A stretch of 64,000 nucleotides of DNA from Octopus sinensis (taxonomy: Eukaryota), in NCBI RefSeq assembly GCF_006345805.1, contig NC_043008.1:25420001-25484000 (forward strand), read 5' to 3'. Positions 38,252-51,808 of the stretch are shown here, piece after piece. A program made the translations under genes and the position numbers. Within the stretch, counting starts at the first letter, position 1; the number at the start of each line of letters is the position of its first letter. The notes under the pieces were generated by a model. The model saw only the letters and a list, made by a program, of their open reading frames with translations. It had not been told where the DNA came from and searched no databases.

Positions 38252-38849
38252 GTAAATACTTATTTTCTGAAAAGTGGGAGAAAATATTTTGTCATACTAG
38301 TTTTACATCTTTACATAGGAACATTAATTACAAAACATCTGTTACTGACTGGATGAATTTTATGAAGTAGCAGTAGCAATGAATGATCTTAGGGAAGTTA
38401 ATAAATGAAAACACTGGTTGCAAAAGCCGAAAAATCTTTATTATTGATAACCAATTGAAAGAAGAAGCAGTAGCAATAAGTATGTCATTGGAAAACAGCA
38501 TTGAACATTGTGTTCAAGGGGTAAATATCAAATTTAAAAAGATGAAAGGTCCTCCCCAAGCCATAGGCTGGTTTATTGGATTCTGTAGCATATATATTTC
38601 CTATCCCTGGGTGGGAAGCTAGGTGGGGTGCAGCAATGAGAAATGAAGCCCAAGAAGACAATGCATTGCCCTGTTCAGGAACTGAAACCTCAATCTTATG
38701 ATCATGAATACAACATCTTAATCACTAAGCCTCACACCTCAACAAATGTCAGATTAAACACCCAGAAAGCACATATCATATCTCTATATTATAATTCTGA
38801 AATGCAAAAAGTTTGTTTGTCTGGTTTTGGCATTGGAACGGGTTAAAGG

Positions 38850-40042
38850 GCACTAGATCCCGTCGGAATGACTCCAAAATTTACAGGGACATGTAAAATG
38901 AGGTGAGGATGGGAGTGGGCTAGGTTAGAAATCCCTATCTTAAAAGGTGTGGTTACTAGGGCAAAAAAGCGCACACTTTGACAAGTCAGCTCCCATTCTC
39001 TTATCTGCCTATCTTCCTCTGTCTCTCTCTGCTTCCTCCCTTCCCATCACTTTCTCTCTATAATGTCGCTTGACAGCGTCTACTAATAATGCGTATATAT
39101 GTACATAAATATATTTAATGTGTATATATATATATATATATAATGTGTGCATTATGTGATCGGTTGTGCTGAAAATATGCACACCTATGTTAAAAGTGCT
39201 GGCGAGTTTGCATGGCAACTATTTTTTTCCTCAAATGAAAGGTGTGACCTCTAGGACAAAATTCCTCATCTTATAATATGTGGCCCGTGTAGACCCGAAT
39301 GAAATCGGGTTATATTAACCAAAATGTGAAAAGGGGTCTAAATGGGGCTGGAAGGGGATTAAAATTTACAGGAGTGGGTGTTTAGGAATTCTCTGTTATA
39401 CATCAAGCTAAAAAATTTACGCCAGCCTTTAAATCTTCAATATGTTGCCGTCCATGATGAAGTTTTTAATGCTTGTCATGGTGAGTCTACTGTCATGAGA
39501 AATGATCACTTCAAAACTTGGTGTTTAGGAATTTTCGTTTACATCAAGTTCAAAATTTTACACCAGCCATTAAACTGCCACTACGTTGCTGTCCGTCATT
39601 AAGAAATGCAAAGCTATGGTGACTCTACTATCCTCAGATTCTATCCCTTCAAACTTTGGTTTCCAATATTCTTTTATTTTTATTCAGCTCGCAAGATCGT
39701 CTGTTTCTTTTAAATGTTAGTGTTTTGCTGTCTGCCTTGAAGCAGACCTTTCTGTTGTCACTGCCTGATATTTATGGTTGATCTTTCAAAATGCTTTTCT
39801 TTCTCAACTTACTCAAGATCTTTTGTTATTTATAAATGGGAGAGAGATAGATAGAGAAAGGTAGAGAGTAAGAGAAAGCGAGGGAGAGTCCGAGAGAAAG
39901 GAAGAGTAAGAGAGTGGGAAAGTGAGAGAGAAAGGAGAGAGAAACAAAGAGGGAGAAATGTGGCGATAAGAAACAGAAAGGAAGCAACAGAAAGTAACAA
40001 CCACACTCTTATCCGCGTATAGAGCGGGTCACCTTCAGCTAG
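38850..40042 (+). mobile_element. Non-autonomous Helitron-like element
   Basis: 3' hairpin CCGCGTATAGAGCGG then CTAG (40039-42) followed by T. Two internal copies of a module of about 145 bp (39376 and 39519). 5' end uncertain. Confidence 0.65.
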
Positions 40043-40929
40043 TCTATATATAATTAAAGATGCCAAACAAAAGGTATAGAATTAATATTATAGGAATGCT
40101 TTCTTATTTAGACACTTGTTTAGAGACACATTGTTTATAGAAATGTTCTACAGAATGATTCAATATATTGATTATAATCTAATTTTTAAACTCAGCACTA
40201 AGTCTGAGCTAAGTCAGATGACTAAACTATATTGCATTACATATATTCCAGTATGCATGAAGCAGTTATAATGACCACAACACTAATATGTTTTAGCTTG
40301 AAACTCATTCCTAGATACGTACTTTATTGAAAATTAAACTTAGAAAGCATTGAAGAAATTGAAGCAATTCCTGTGTAGATCTTACAGAAATTCTATTTAA
40401 GTATAAACTGTGTTATATTCACTGCAAAGTCTAATAATTGTATGATGATTTTCTGCACAAGACTAGTCAAAAACCTAATGCATGCATGAACATTTAAAAT
40501 AACTTGTATAATCAATATAGAAAAGTTAATTGATGTCAACAGTATTAGCAATGACAAGTGAATCTAGAATTTTAGTAATAAAATGAATAACTGATTCTAA
40601 CAGCAATGAGCAGAGAAAGTAATTAAAAGTAAAGCTATATCTTTCAATATTCATTATAGTTTACCTGCAAGGCTCATACAAAATCTAAAACTTCCTTTAG
40701 AAGTTTGAAGGTTCTTTGTTTAATAAAATGGTCATGTAAATCAAATACTACTGGAATACTTAGTTTACCATAAACCAGAAGCCATTTAATAGTCTCTATT
40801 TTCAACTAGACATATCACTGCTATGATACATATGACATTATTTTAAATGTGTGAATTATCAGACTATAGTCTCTTATTTTACCAAAAGTTATTGTTCCTA
40901 AAATTAAATAATAATAATTATTATTTCTA

Positions 40930-41135
40930 TTATAGGCACAAACTGTGAGTTTCCAAGTATGGGGTTAGTCAATTATACTGACTTAAGTGCTCGACTGGTA
41001 TTTATTTCATTGATTCCCCCAAAAGGATACCAGTCAAAATCAATGTCAGTGGAATTTGAACTCAGAACATAAAGAACAAGAAAAAAAGTCACTAAGCATT
41101 TCCTTTACATAGTAATGATTCTGCCAGTTTGCTGC
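40930..41135 (-). mobile_element. SINE family A
   Basis: GGAATTTGAACTCAGAAC...CTAAGCATTT...GATTCTGCCAG; a further fragment lies at about 41330-41450. Confidence 0.75.
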
Positions 41136-41554
41136 TGTAATAATAATATTATAATAATAATGATGATGGTGGTGGTAGTGGTGGCAAAGAAGAAGAAAGA
41201 AGCATGTGGCATGATCAGTAAACAAGTGTTGCTTTGGTTTGCTGACTGAGCACAGCTCATACTTTCCATCATGCCCAACAAAATAAAGTTGAGATTTTTC
41301 ATGATATAGTAATAGTGATAATAATGATAATAATGGTTTCAAGTTTTGGCACAAGTTTTGGGGGTAAGCTGAGTACATTAACTCCAATGCTTAACAGGTT
41401 CTTATTTTATTGACCTTGAAAGGATGAGAGTCCTTGGTGGAATTTGAACTTAGAAAGATGGACAAAATGTTGCAAAACATTTTGCCTGATGGTGGTGTGC
41501 TGGGTAATGCAGTGAATTTGCCTGAAACTTATGAAATAATAGTAATATGGAAAG

Positions 41555-42620
41555 AATGCTATTGTAGAATAAGAGCTATCCTAAAGGGTAAACTTAATGC
41601 GAGAAACAGGATTGATGCAATCAATGCCTCAGTAATACCTGTTGCGACCTATAGTTTTAACATCATAAAACGGTTTCTCTCTATGCACTACAAGCGTCAT
41701 CCAAAGGCTATACACCCCACAAAAGGATGGAGGATGAGAACTGATGCAGCTCTAACTGTCTTTGAAGATATCAACCATAGCTTAGGCCACTATCTAAAGA
41801 GTACAAGCATATGGATGCTTAATTCTGTCTACGAGTATGAAAGTACTAAGAAACTATATTCAAAGAAAGATATGAGGCACAACTAGACAAATGACAAGAA
41901 ACCACTGTAAAGGCAAAACAATTAAAAACATAAACCAAATCAAATAGCATATCAGAGCTGTTCAATATATGGCAAAGCAAAGTATTGCACAGCAAATGCC
42001 CTACAAGGGCCAGAAATCCTGATTTTGATACAAATATGACCCATCAATAGTTGTTTGCATCCATCTAGACTTAACTCAGAAACAAAGGGGCTTTGTTATA
42101 GCAGGCAGCTCAGAATCAGCATTTGTCCACCACAAACTACCAAATCACTAGTCTTTAAAATGGTAGATCTTGCCTGGAACTTTTGTGGTGCAACAAGAGA
42201 AACAATTGACTACCTCATCTCTGGATGCTTTGTGTTAGCCTCAAATGAATATATTACCTGACATGATAGATTTAGTCAGTATTTGCTTTGGATCATATGC
42301 TGTAAGTCTGGGCTCCCATATAAGAAAAAATAGTGGAAATATAAGTCTGTCAAAGTAGTAGAAAATAAAGATGTCACTGTTCCTTGATTATGCTATTCAG
42401 ATTAAATATTGTGGTAAAAAAAAATCATGATCACAAAACATACTTGCTCATAGAAATGTCAATCTCAGCAGCCTGAGACACTTCTCTAAAAACATCTGCA
42501 AAGTTAATGCAAGGACCTTGAAACAGAGTTTCAAAAATGTGGCATCTAATAACAACAACTGTATCTGTGATGGTAGATGCTGCCCTTATTAAATCTTTTG
42601 AAAAGTGGGTGAAGTAGTGA
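41555..42620 (+). mobile_element. R4/Dong-like (RLE) non-LTR retrotransposon 3' remnant
   Basis: RIRAILKGKLNARNRIDAINASVIPVATYSF; LNSETKG; CCHC-region CGATRETIDYLISGC...EYIT*HD; KVVENKDVTV. Confidence 0.8.
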
Positions 42621-43230
42621 ATATGATATGACTGAACTGGTCATACATTAAGCATGCAGCTGAAGGCCAGGAAACAAAGTCTTGGAAAGGGGATTTGTCT
42701 TTCATGACCAGGCTCATTGGGGTTTCGTAAGATTTCCTGGATCATTTCTAATAAGCTCTCTTTCTGTTGGGAAACTTTTTGTTGTTTGTTCTTTAGTCAT
42801 CACTATTTTTCCTTGGGCCTATGTAAACACCATTATTATGTATCTCTGTCATTTTGTTTTATCTTTGTTTCCTTCAAACTGCTATGACTAGTAAAAACAA
42901 ATCAACACCACCACTACCAACACCATCATCATCATCATCACCACTTTTTTATTAATGTAACGAGCTGGAACAAATATGGCAAAGCATTGTATCCAATGCT
43001 CCAGTGCTTTAATGATTCTAGTGTAACAACAGCAATACTTCACCAAACACTTACCTAAGCATATGTAAACAGCATTGTTTGGTCTGTCTTCAGTGTAGAC
43101 AGACAGATGTCAAGAAAACATAGTTTTCATTAAGCCACTGCACAAAATGGAACCAAACATTCTGTACAAAATCGTTTCTCTGTATGGAACATGATGGAGA
43201 AGAGAGAAACAGAAAGAAGGGGGAAGACAA

Positions 43231-43266
<36 letters not shown>

Positions 43267-43619
43267 TGAGGAAGAGCGAGATAGGGGAGAAAAGAAAGAC
43301 GAAAATGAAAGAGAGACGAAAATATAGATAAAAGTTTATAGACAATAAACAGATAATAATAGATGATAAAATAATAATATTTTATAAGGGATACCATATC
43401 TATTATTATCTGTTTATTGTCTATAAACTGAAATCTCCTCCCTTTCATGTCTCTGTCTATCTGTCCTGTGTTTATCTCTCTTCTACCATGTTCGATATAG
43501 AGGGAAAAAAATCATATAGAAATTTTGGTGCTCGTTTGTGTGATAGCTTAATGAAAACCATGTTTTCTTGACATCTGTCTGTTTATACTGGGGACTGAAG
43601 AGACAGACCAAAGTTCATA

Positions 43620-43945
43620 CTTCTTGAGGCAATAAAGGAAAATACAGGTTTAATACTGGAGTCAATGTAATTTCTTAGTTCTTTCTCCCAACCCCAAATC
43701 ACTAACCTTGTGCCTAAATTAGTTCTAATTATTAAGGACAAGTGACAGACAGAATCATTAATGTGTCAAAGAAAATGTCTTGTGGTATTGAATTTATGGC
43801 TCTTTACATTCTGAACTTAAACCTTGATGAGGTCAACTTTGTCTTCCATCATTTTGGGAGTCCATAAAGTAGTTTACCAATTCCTTGCTGACTCAGTTTA
43901 TTTGACTACTCTCTCCTCTCAAAAATTCCTTGCCCTGTGCCTAAA
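43620..43945 (+). mobile_element. SINE family A, partial plus full degenerate copies
   Basis: Two CCTTGTGCCTAAATTAG-type tails; GAGGTCAACTTTGTCTTCCATC body. Confidence 0.65.
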
Positions 43946-44163
43946 TTAGAAACAATTATTATGCTAAACTGTTATAGAGCATAGAGTTTTGCTAAGATTA
44001 CTCAAATAGACTTATACTACTATCTTTTGTAGGCATACAAAGAAGGATCAGCAAAACTAGATTCAGTCCTATACTGGGATTTCATCAGAGATTGAGTGCC
44101 TGCTTTTATCTACCAATGTAGTCCATGTTTATAAATCAACTATTAGTAAGAACTTAAGTCAAT

Positions 44164-45049
44164 TATTGGTTTGTCAGATGAATTTTCCAATTAGTTTAAT
44201 TCTATTTTTCATCAGTTCTAACAAATCAGTCAGTGATATATTTTCTTTCATTGTTCATGACTGCTTGCTAACATTCCACAAGCATGTCAATGTCATGACA
44301 ATAGAAATCACCAGGTCTTGACTCAAAGAATTCAATAAGCCATTTTTTCAGCTCCATGTTGTTGTGGAGCAAAACCTCCAGCTCACTGTTGGAGTGTGAC
44401 TGAAGTAGGTGATAATGTGAAGGAGCATCTAAATCAAGAGAAAATGGTGGGTGTGGTGGAACTTCCCAAGTTCTTGAATAGCATTTTTCACCAAATTAGC
44501 AACATGGGGATAAAAACATTGTTGTGTTGAAGAAGAATGCTGTGTGGCAAGTCAGGTTGGTTCTGCTGGATTGCCTCCTTGAGCCAAAAATTTTGCTGAA
44601 CATAAAATTCTGCATTAGCCATATGGTTGTTTTAAGCATGTTGTAGACAATTAGACCTTCCCAGTTCTGCCAAATGAAGATAATTGTCTTGGATGCAGTT
44701 CTAACTTGGCTTGCGGTATTGCTTGCTTGTTGGGTCTTGCTATTCTTCCTTCTGCTTCATGTTGATGTAAAAACACACTTCTGTATCGCCAATGATGATG
44801 CAGCAAACAAACCTCTGTTTGTGTTCATTAGTAGCCTGGAGTTTCTGTTTGGCACTCCATTGTCATGTCAGAAAAGAGTTAACATTTATTCAAATTTCAA
44901 TAACAACGAACAAAATTTGTAGAGGAAGAACAGAGCTACAGAAAAGCTATAAAAAGAATTCTCAGGTCAATTCAAATAATATTGGAATGAAATGAATGAA
45001 TGAATTTGTGAACTAGTTTGGTTAATGAATTACTGGTGGGCTAGTAATA
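44164..45049 (-). mobile_element. Degenerate mariner
   Basis: Minus strand CIIIGDTEV (VTGDEKW), ILLQHNN (HDNA) and a PHPP.S.DL-like motif; TIRs poorly preserved. Confidence 0.75.
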
Positions 45050-45332
45050 TTTTGTTTCAGTAGTATACTCTACTACATAATATATCTATAGATTTTTAGC
45101 AAATGCTTTATGTTAGACAGATGTAAAATAAAAATGAACTTATTTTTATGCAAAATATCCTGATGAGTAGCAAAAGAGGAATCAAGTGAACTATTTTAAA
45201 TCTTATCGTGTAATTCGTCCACAACTGAGATCCTCCTTGTCCATCAAGACATTCTTTTCTTGTCTATGAAGCTACTGTATACAATGTAGCTGTGTTTACA
45301 TCTGTTTATATGTGTAGTGTTGGCTTAAAATA

Positions 45333-45373
<41 letters not shown>

Positions 45374-45379
45374 CTAATG

Positions 45380-46645
45380 TAGGATAAAAAATTTTTTCAA
45401 AAAAAATTTTTATCAATGGCCAGCATATTAAAAAATACCTTTAAAGGTTAAATTTATATAATTCATAAATAAGGGCAAACGAAAAAATTTCTAATGCCAA
45501 ATATGCCGAAAAACTGAACATATTGTCCATTAACACTTTTCGATGGTGCTTTCCCCCAGGTGTTCAAATATTTTTTTCTCTATATTGTATACTTTATAGA
45601 CAATAGTCTGTTCTTTAATTAAATTTTTTATTTCGTTTGGTGGTGTTATTCTAGATTCACCGTCTTTGTCGGTGATCAATCCGGAATAGGTTTGTATTTC
45701 TTCCATTTTAATTTCAATGAGTTCGTGCCCGCCGATGGCTGCAGCAAAATTCATTTTTGGACTTTTTTCTATCGAAGGCATTCTAACAAAAATGCTTCCG
45801 TGTAAACGGTGAAAATATTGTCAATTTCCCCAAACAGGAACACAATTCAATTTTTAAACAATAACCAAAGCTCCTTCTCCCAAAGGGGGAGGGTTACAGT
45901 TTACAATTATTTAACAAATGCAACACAACAATGTTTCCTTTACAAGGAACCAACAAACGTGATAACAATAGTTAAACAGTAATAATAATAACAACAAACC
46001 TTACGATGAGTCAGCAAGCAGTAAGCAGTTGAAGCTTTAGTCCTTTATGTATAAGAAATAAACCAACAGCAGTAGGAGCGGCTGTTCGAGAAAACAGATA
46101 TTACATACAGCCAAACTTCATATAGATACTTAATGCTAGCTAATTAGCAGATAATATAATGTAAAAGCACAGCTCCATCTGGACTATTCCATTTCTGCAC
46201 ACTAATTTTATTTTTAATTTATTCCCATTCATGTGAAACCACTTATTCAAGTTCAAGTCATTGATGCAATTTTATACCAATTGCTATTTTTACTTTTGTT
46301 ATGTTATGATTATATTATACTTTAGTTTGATTTTAATTATTACTTACTACATATAATTCAATTGTTATTATTATTTTTATTGTTAAAGTGAAAGTATCTG
46401 ACATAAAATAAAGAAATGTTTTTGTTTCACTTTTAACACGTAATACTGAAATAGTGGAGAAGATATGATATTGCTATGGGCTCGCTCTAGGCAAGAAGTT
46501 GAACATTGTCTTTGCCGATGACACTCCCCGGACCCTAAGTAAGGCATGTGTAAAATTTTAATGAAATTGGTTGTGTAGTTCTCAAGTTTTAGGGAAACAC
46601 ACAGACAGAGAGACAGACACACATTCTCAGTTTTATATATATAGA
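45380..46645 (-). mobile_element. Helitron 5' portion (second copy, no 3' end seen)
   Basis: A/TC 5' terminus TCTATATATATAAAACTGAGAATGTG at 46645; 45735-46645 is homologous to 49038-49803. Confidence 0.8.
45530..45781 (-). CDS. 83-aa ORF of unknown family inside Helitron 5' copy
   Basis: MPSIEKSPKMNFAAAIGGHELIEIKMEEIQTYSGL...; preceded by acceptor-like catttttgttAG; first 15 codons shared with the other copy. Confidence 0.35.
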   Translation of the reverse strand: MPSIEKSPKMNFAAAIGGHELIEIKMEEIQTYSGLITDKDGESRITPPNEIKNLIKEQTIVYKVYNIEKKIFEHLGESTIEKC

Positions 46646-46751
46646 TATATATATATTCAGTAGTGTTGTACATATTTGAAAAATCGCTGTTGATACACAA
46701 TAAATTTACTTTTATTATTATTATTATTATTAACTAGCAGAGATACCCGGC

Positions 46752-46970
46752 GTTGTGTTGAAGAAGAATGCTGTGTGGCAAGTCAGGTTGGTTCTGCTGG
46801 ATTGCCTCCTTGAGCCAAAAATTTTGCTGAACATAAAATTCTGCATTAGCCATATGGTTGTTTTAAGCATGTTGTAGACAATTAGACCTTCCCAGTTCTG
46901 CCAAATGAAGATAATTGTCTTGGATGCAGTTCTAACTTGGCTTGCGGTATTGCTTGCTTGTTGGGTCTTG
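46752..46970. repeat. 219-bp exact copy of 44521-44739
   Basis: Base-by-base identical, same orientation, offset 2231. Confidence 0.95.
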
Positions 46971-47091
46971 TTATATATATATATATGGATACACACACAC
47001 ACACATATGTATATTAATATAAATATATGAAAGTACATGAAGTTTGTTAAAAAAAAATGGGTATCATGTATATACCTCCTGGCTGTTGAGA

Positions 47092-48400
47092 TTATAACAC
47101 CTCGTTGTAAACAATGTACCTTGTTTTTCCTTGTGGAGCATATACAGAAAGGTTTCTTTTGGTTCCTACTCTTGAGCAGCCAACATACAGTTGCCCATGT
47201 GAGAAGTAGGGCTCTTCCAAGAGAAGACCAGCTACAGAGAGGGTTTGACCCTGAGATTTGTTAATGAACATGGCAAAGCTGACACGAAGGGGGAATTGCA
47301 GTCTTCTGAATGCAAATGGAATTTCTGCACCTGATGAAGTAATAGGAATTCTTGGAATAAAGACGTCATCACCTTTTCCACATCCAGAAAGAATGATCAC
47401 CTCGATAACGTGTGACATCATTTTCTTTATCACCAGTCGTGTTCCATTGCAAAGTCTTGGTGGTTCCAAATTGCGGAGTAGCATTACAGGAGTTCCAACT
47501 TTAAGTGCTAATATGTGTGGAGGTAGTCCAGGAGGCTGCAGTGAATTGAGAAATTCAGGAGGATAGTTCACAACTTCATTTATATCTGGAAGTGTATCAA
47601 CAGACTTGTAAGAGTGCATAGTGCTGGGAAGAGAATGCATTAGCTGTTGATTAATTTTGTTAACAGCGACGTTTTTTGGAGCTAATATTGCTCTCTCACA
47701 CAGCCAATTGTGATTTTGGTAGTTTTGTATGAAGTTGGGAAAGACTTTGTTTTTGAAGTCATCTACAGAATTAACAACAGAGGAAAATGACCACACTTCC
47801 ATTTGTCCTGCAGCATCGAGAGGCATCTTGCCTTCACCAAATGTCAAAATGTCCTGTGCAAACTTTGTGGACATTTTGTCGCCGTGTAGCTGAGCTCTCA
47901 TGTTAGTGGTGAGACTGAGGATTGTAACATGATGCCACAGGGTAGAGGACTTTAGGCATGCTTGGATTTCATCTGCTCTAGTGCCTTTCGGAATGACAGG
48001 AAGAGTTTGCCTGAAAGCACCTGACAATAGAAGCGTTACACCTCCCATTGGAGCCTGATAGTCTCAGATGTCTTTCAGGGCTCTATCTAATGCTTCCAAA
48101 GCTCCCTTGTGAGCCATGCACTCATCCCACACAATTAGATGACACATTTTAAGTACTTGTCCCTGATCTGAGCTTTTGTTGATGTTGCATGAAGGCATTT
48201 CAGATGCTGCTAAATTGAGAGAGAGTTTAAAAGTTGAGTGTGCTGTCCTGCCACCAGGTAACATAGTAGCTGCAATGCCAAAGGAGGCTACAGCTACTGC
48301 AATGTCCTGATGCTGCCTAACTTCTGCAAGGAGAAGCTTTTTAATAAATGTTTTTCCTGTCCTCCCAGGAGCATTGAGGAAGATGATTCATCCCTCGCAT
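47092..48400 (-). pseudogene. Helitron PIF1-family helicase (frameshifted)
   Basis: FLNAPGRTGKTF (Walker A variant), GRTAHSTFKL, LIVWDEC; then a 318-aa ORF with FRQTLPV, RLCNGTRL, RRLQFPLRVSFAMFINKSQGQTL and HGQLYVGCSRV. Confidence 0.92.
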
Positions 48401-50066
48401 TGGCGTACACTGTTAAGAATAGTTCTGTAGTAAATATCTGTTACCATCATCCATTGTCCCGTAGTGAGAAGTAAGTTTTATTTCCCTGTGTTGGGAATGA
48501 AATGAGAATGAGATGTAAGGGGACAATGTTTTTGAGATTCCGGTTCGAATGTAAGGCAGGTTTGAAAGTGTTCCCAACAGTTATTAGTTGTAGTGGTAGA
48601 GTGTTTATGCCGAATATGTACATATGCATGTATATATATGTATGTATGCCTGTATATATGTACAAAATCCACTGAGAAGGCTTTTGTTATTCTGAGGCTA
48701 CAGCAGAAGACAAATGCCCAGTGGGACTGAAGCCAGGACCATGTGTTTGGAATGTAGCTTGTTACCACACAGCCATACCTGCCCTTATGTATGTGTGTGT
48801 GTGCGTATTGTGTATGGGTAGATATACTATGCATGTATATATGTGTATATATATGTGTACATATTACATGTACACCTATATATATACATCTACACATAAA
48901 ATACAAAATACAAAGTAATACAAAGTTATATCTTGATATCACTAGTGATAACAATACTCAAAATATATAACAGATGTAGGTCCATCTCTTGCAATTTTGA
49001 TCAATTGGATCTTGTCTTCCCTCTTGTATAGAAGTGTACGGCTGCAGCGAAATTCATTTGTGGACTTTCTTCTATCGAAGGCATTTTAACAAAAATGCTT
49101 CCATAAAGACGGTGAAAATATTGTCAATTTCCCCAAACAGGGACACAATTCAATTTTTAAACAATAACCAAAGCCCCTTCTCTGAAAGGGGGAGGGTTAC
49201 GGTTTACAATTATTTAAGAAATGCAGCACAACAACGTTTCCCTTACGAGGAACCAACAAACGTGATTACAATAGTCAAACAGTAATAATAATAACAACAA
49301 ACCTTTTTAATTTATCCCCATTTATGTGAAACCACTTATTCAAGTTGAAGTCATTGATGCAATTTTATACGAATAGCTAATACACACACACACATAATAA
49401 GGGTGAAAAATTGAATATTAATTTGATTAATATGGTGTAGCATATAAGACCATAGCGGATCTTCTTCTAGCAAAATGGATGACCATTGTTAATGGTTCAT
49501 CCCTGTTATATAATACTTTCACTTTAATAATTTCAGTATTAAAATGAAAGTGTCTGCATTACAATAGAGAGACGTTTTTGTTTCACTTTTAACACGTAAT
49601 ACTGAAATAGTGGAGAAGATATGATATTGCTGTGGGGTCACCCTAGGCAAGAAGTTGAACATTGTTTTTGCCGATGACACTCCCCAGACCTTAAGTAAGG
49701 CATGTGTAAAATTTGAATGAAATTGGTTGTGTAGTTCTCAAGTTTTAGGGAAACACATAGACAGACAGACAGACACACATTCTCAGTTTTATATATAGAG
49801 AGATTATCACTTTTTAATTCCCTTTGGCAAATGCGTTTGAAGAGCAAGGTGAGTCGGTCTGTTATAGTGAACATGATCAACTATCATCCACCAGCTCACT
49901 CTTTCTTCACCCCCTTCTTCGTTTCACTGTAAAAAAGTTTAGTAACATTAGGGAGAGAGGAAACATAACGGAAAGTGACTCAACTAAAAGATCAGAAGGA
50001 CTCTGCATGAGGAGATGAGAATTCTATAAGCTTGGAAAGCACTAATTTTGAATAAAAAGTGAACGA

Positions 50067-50237
50067 GGCGCAGGAGTGGCTGTGTGGTAAGTAGCTTGCT
50101 AACCAACCACATGGTTCCGGGTTCAGTCCCACTGCGTGGCATCTTGGGCAAGTGTCTTCTGCTATAGCCCCGGGCCGACCAATGCCTTGTGAGTGGATTT
50201 GGTAGACGGAAACTGAAAGAAGCCTGTCGTATATATG

Positions 50238-50270
<33 letters not shown>

Positions 50271-50485
50271 CTGTGTTTGTTCCCCTAGCATTGCTTGCCA
50301 ACCGATGCTGGTGTGTTTACGTCCCCGTCACTTAGCGGTTCGGCAAAAAGAGACCGATAGAATAAGTACTGGGCTTACAAAAAGAATAAGTCCCGGGGTC
50401 GAGTTGCTCGACTAAAGGCGGTGCTCCAGCATGGCCGCAGTCAAATGACTGAAACAAGTAAAAGAGTAAAAGAGAGTAAAGAGAG
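50067..50485 (+). mobile_element. SINE family B, full length and young
   Basis: A box TGGCTGTGTGG, B box GGTTCAGTCCC, CTTGGGCAAG core, internal TA/TG microsatellite, (GTAAAAGA)n tail. Confidence 0.95.
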
Positions 50486-50529
50486 TGCAATGGAAACAAT
50501 TTAGGATTGACAGAAAACTTCCTTAGCAC

Positions 50530-51760
50530 TTGCGGTATGCATGAAAAAGGCATTTGGTCCATATTGGGAGGATATTATAAGAAGGACATCTGATGACTAA
50601 AACAATGTTGAAATTCTGAGATTCACTAAATATTCTAGTGCTGAACACAGTAGTGGGGTAGTTAGGTGGAATTCTCTGGTCGTATGTGTGAACCCCAATA
50701 TGTGTTATGAAGTGATCATACAAATTCTTCTCTTCTCGAATGCAGAAAACAGCATCAAGCAACACTGTTGGTGGCAATAGCAGAGCTATATCAGTGATGC
50801 TTCCATATGTGCCAATCTCTTGAATTAGCAGTGGAGAAAGATGCTCTGAAATCATAATTATTAGAATACAAACCATCTGGAAATTTTCAGAGAATTTTTA
50901 CCTCTGTTGGTAACAAAATACTTCTTCCTTAGGGTAAAAAACAGCTTGTATGGTGCTTGTGTATCTTGTGTGTGTACAGCAATGCTTCATTGGTAGTGAA
51001 ATACAGGCCATAAATACTAAAGACATGCAAAGGCCAGAAAGAAACAAAGCTAGCTTGCTCTACAGAATGTGCAACGTCTGAGCTTGTAGAACAAAGTGCA
51101 AATCTGTTGAAAGAAAAACTGGGCATAAGATGCATTGCATGTGGTGTGCAAAAGAGAAGTCAGTGTGAGTATGTCTGAAAAATCAGCCTTCATGATACTT
51201 GTCCTTTTAACTATACTATGCTATCTTTATCAGCTGCTGTACTTATATGCAAGCAGAACTGCACATATTTCTTCTTCCATTTGTACTATCAGTGATTCCT
51301 CTTCATGGAACCACTTCCCCTGACATCCATCCCTCATTCCCAACAGCATCCCATACCACTATATATTTACTGAATGCCTCTTTCCCTTGAAAACCCTCCC
51401 ATATCTACCCTTGATGCCTCTTTTTATGTATTACCATCTATCACTTCCTCATCCTTAATTCAATCCTATTTTATCTATATTTCCCTAAATGGAGACTCAG
51501 CATTGCCTATGCCTCCATCCATGTTCAGTTCTCTGCTTTCACTTGTGTCCTTCTTCTAATTTTTTGTCACTCTCCCATCACACTCGCATGTATCTACCTA
51601 ACCACCCAGCCATCCTAAGTTCTCTACCTCTATTCTCTCTCTTTCCATCTTCTTGTACCTTGAAGATGTGACCTAATACTTCTTCACCATCCTTTCTCTC
51701 GTTCCTGTTTGGGTAGTCACATATTTCCTCTACAGCAAAACACATCTTCTTGTCCTGGAT
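50530..51760. mobile_element. Juxtaposed RTE fragments in opposite orientations (approximate)
   Basis: + strand AVCMKKAF and RPERNKASLLYRMCNV...KEKLGIRCI; minus strand endonuclease-region remnants from about 51170. Confidence 0.55.
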
Positions 51761-51808
51761 CTTTTCTGTTTGGCTGTACTCATTGAAATTTTAAAATTAA
51801 GTGAAAAT

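Larger units (their letters stand above)
46734..49803 (-). mobile_element. Internally deleted Helitron retaining PIF1 helicase
   Basis: 5' A/TC at 49803 and 3' GCCGGGTATCTCTG-CTAG/T at 46734. Helicase present; no Rep (HUH) motifs found. A SINE B fragment is inserted at about 48665-48785. Confidence 0.9.
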
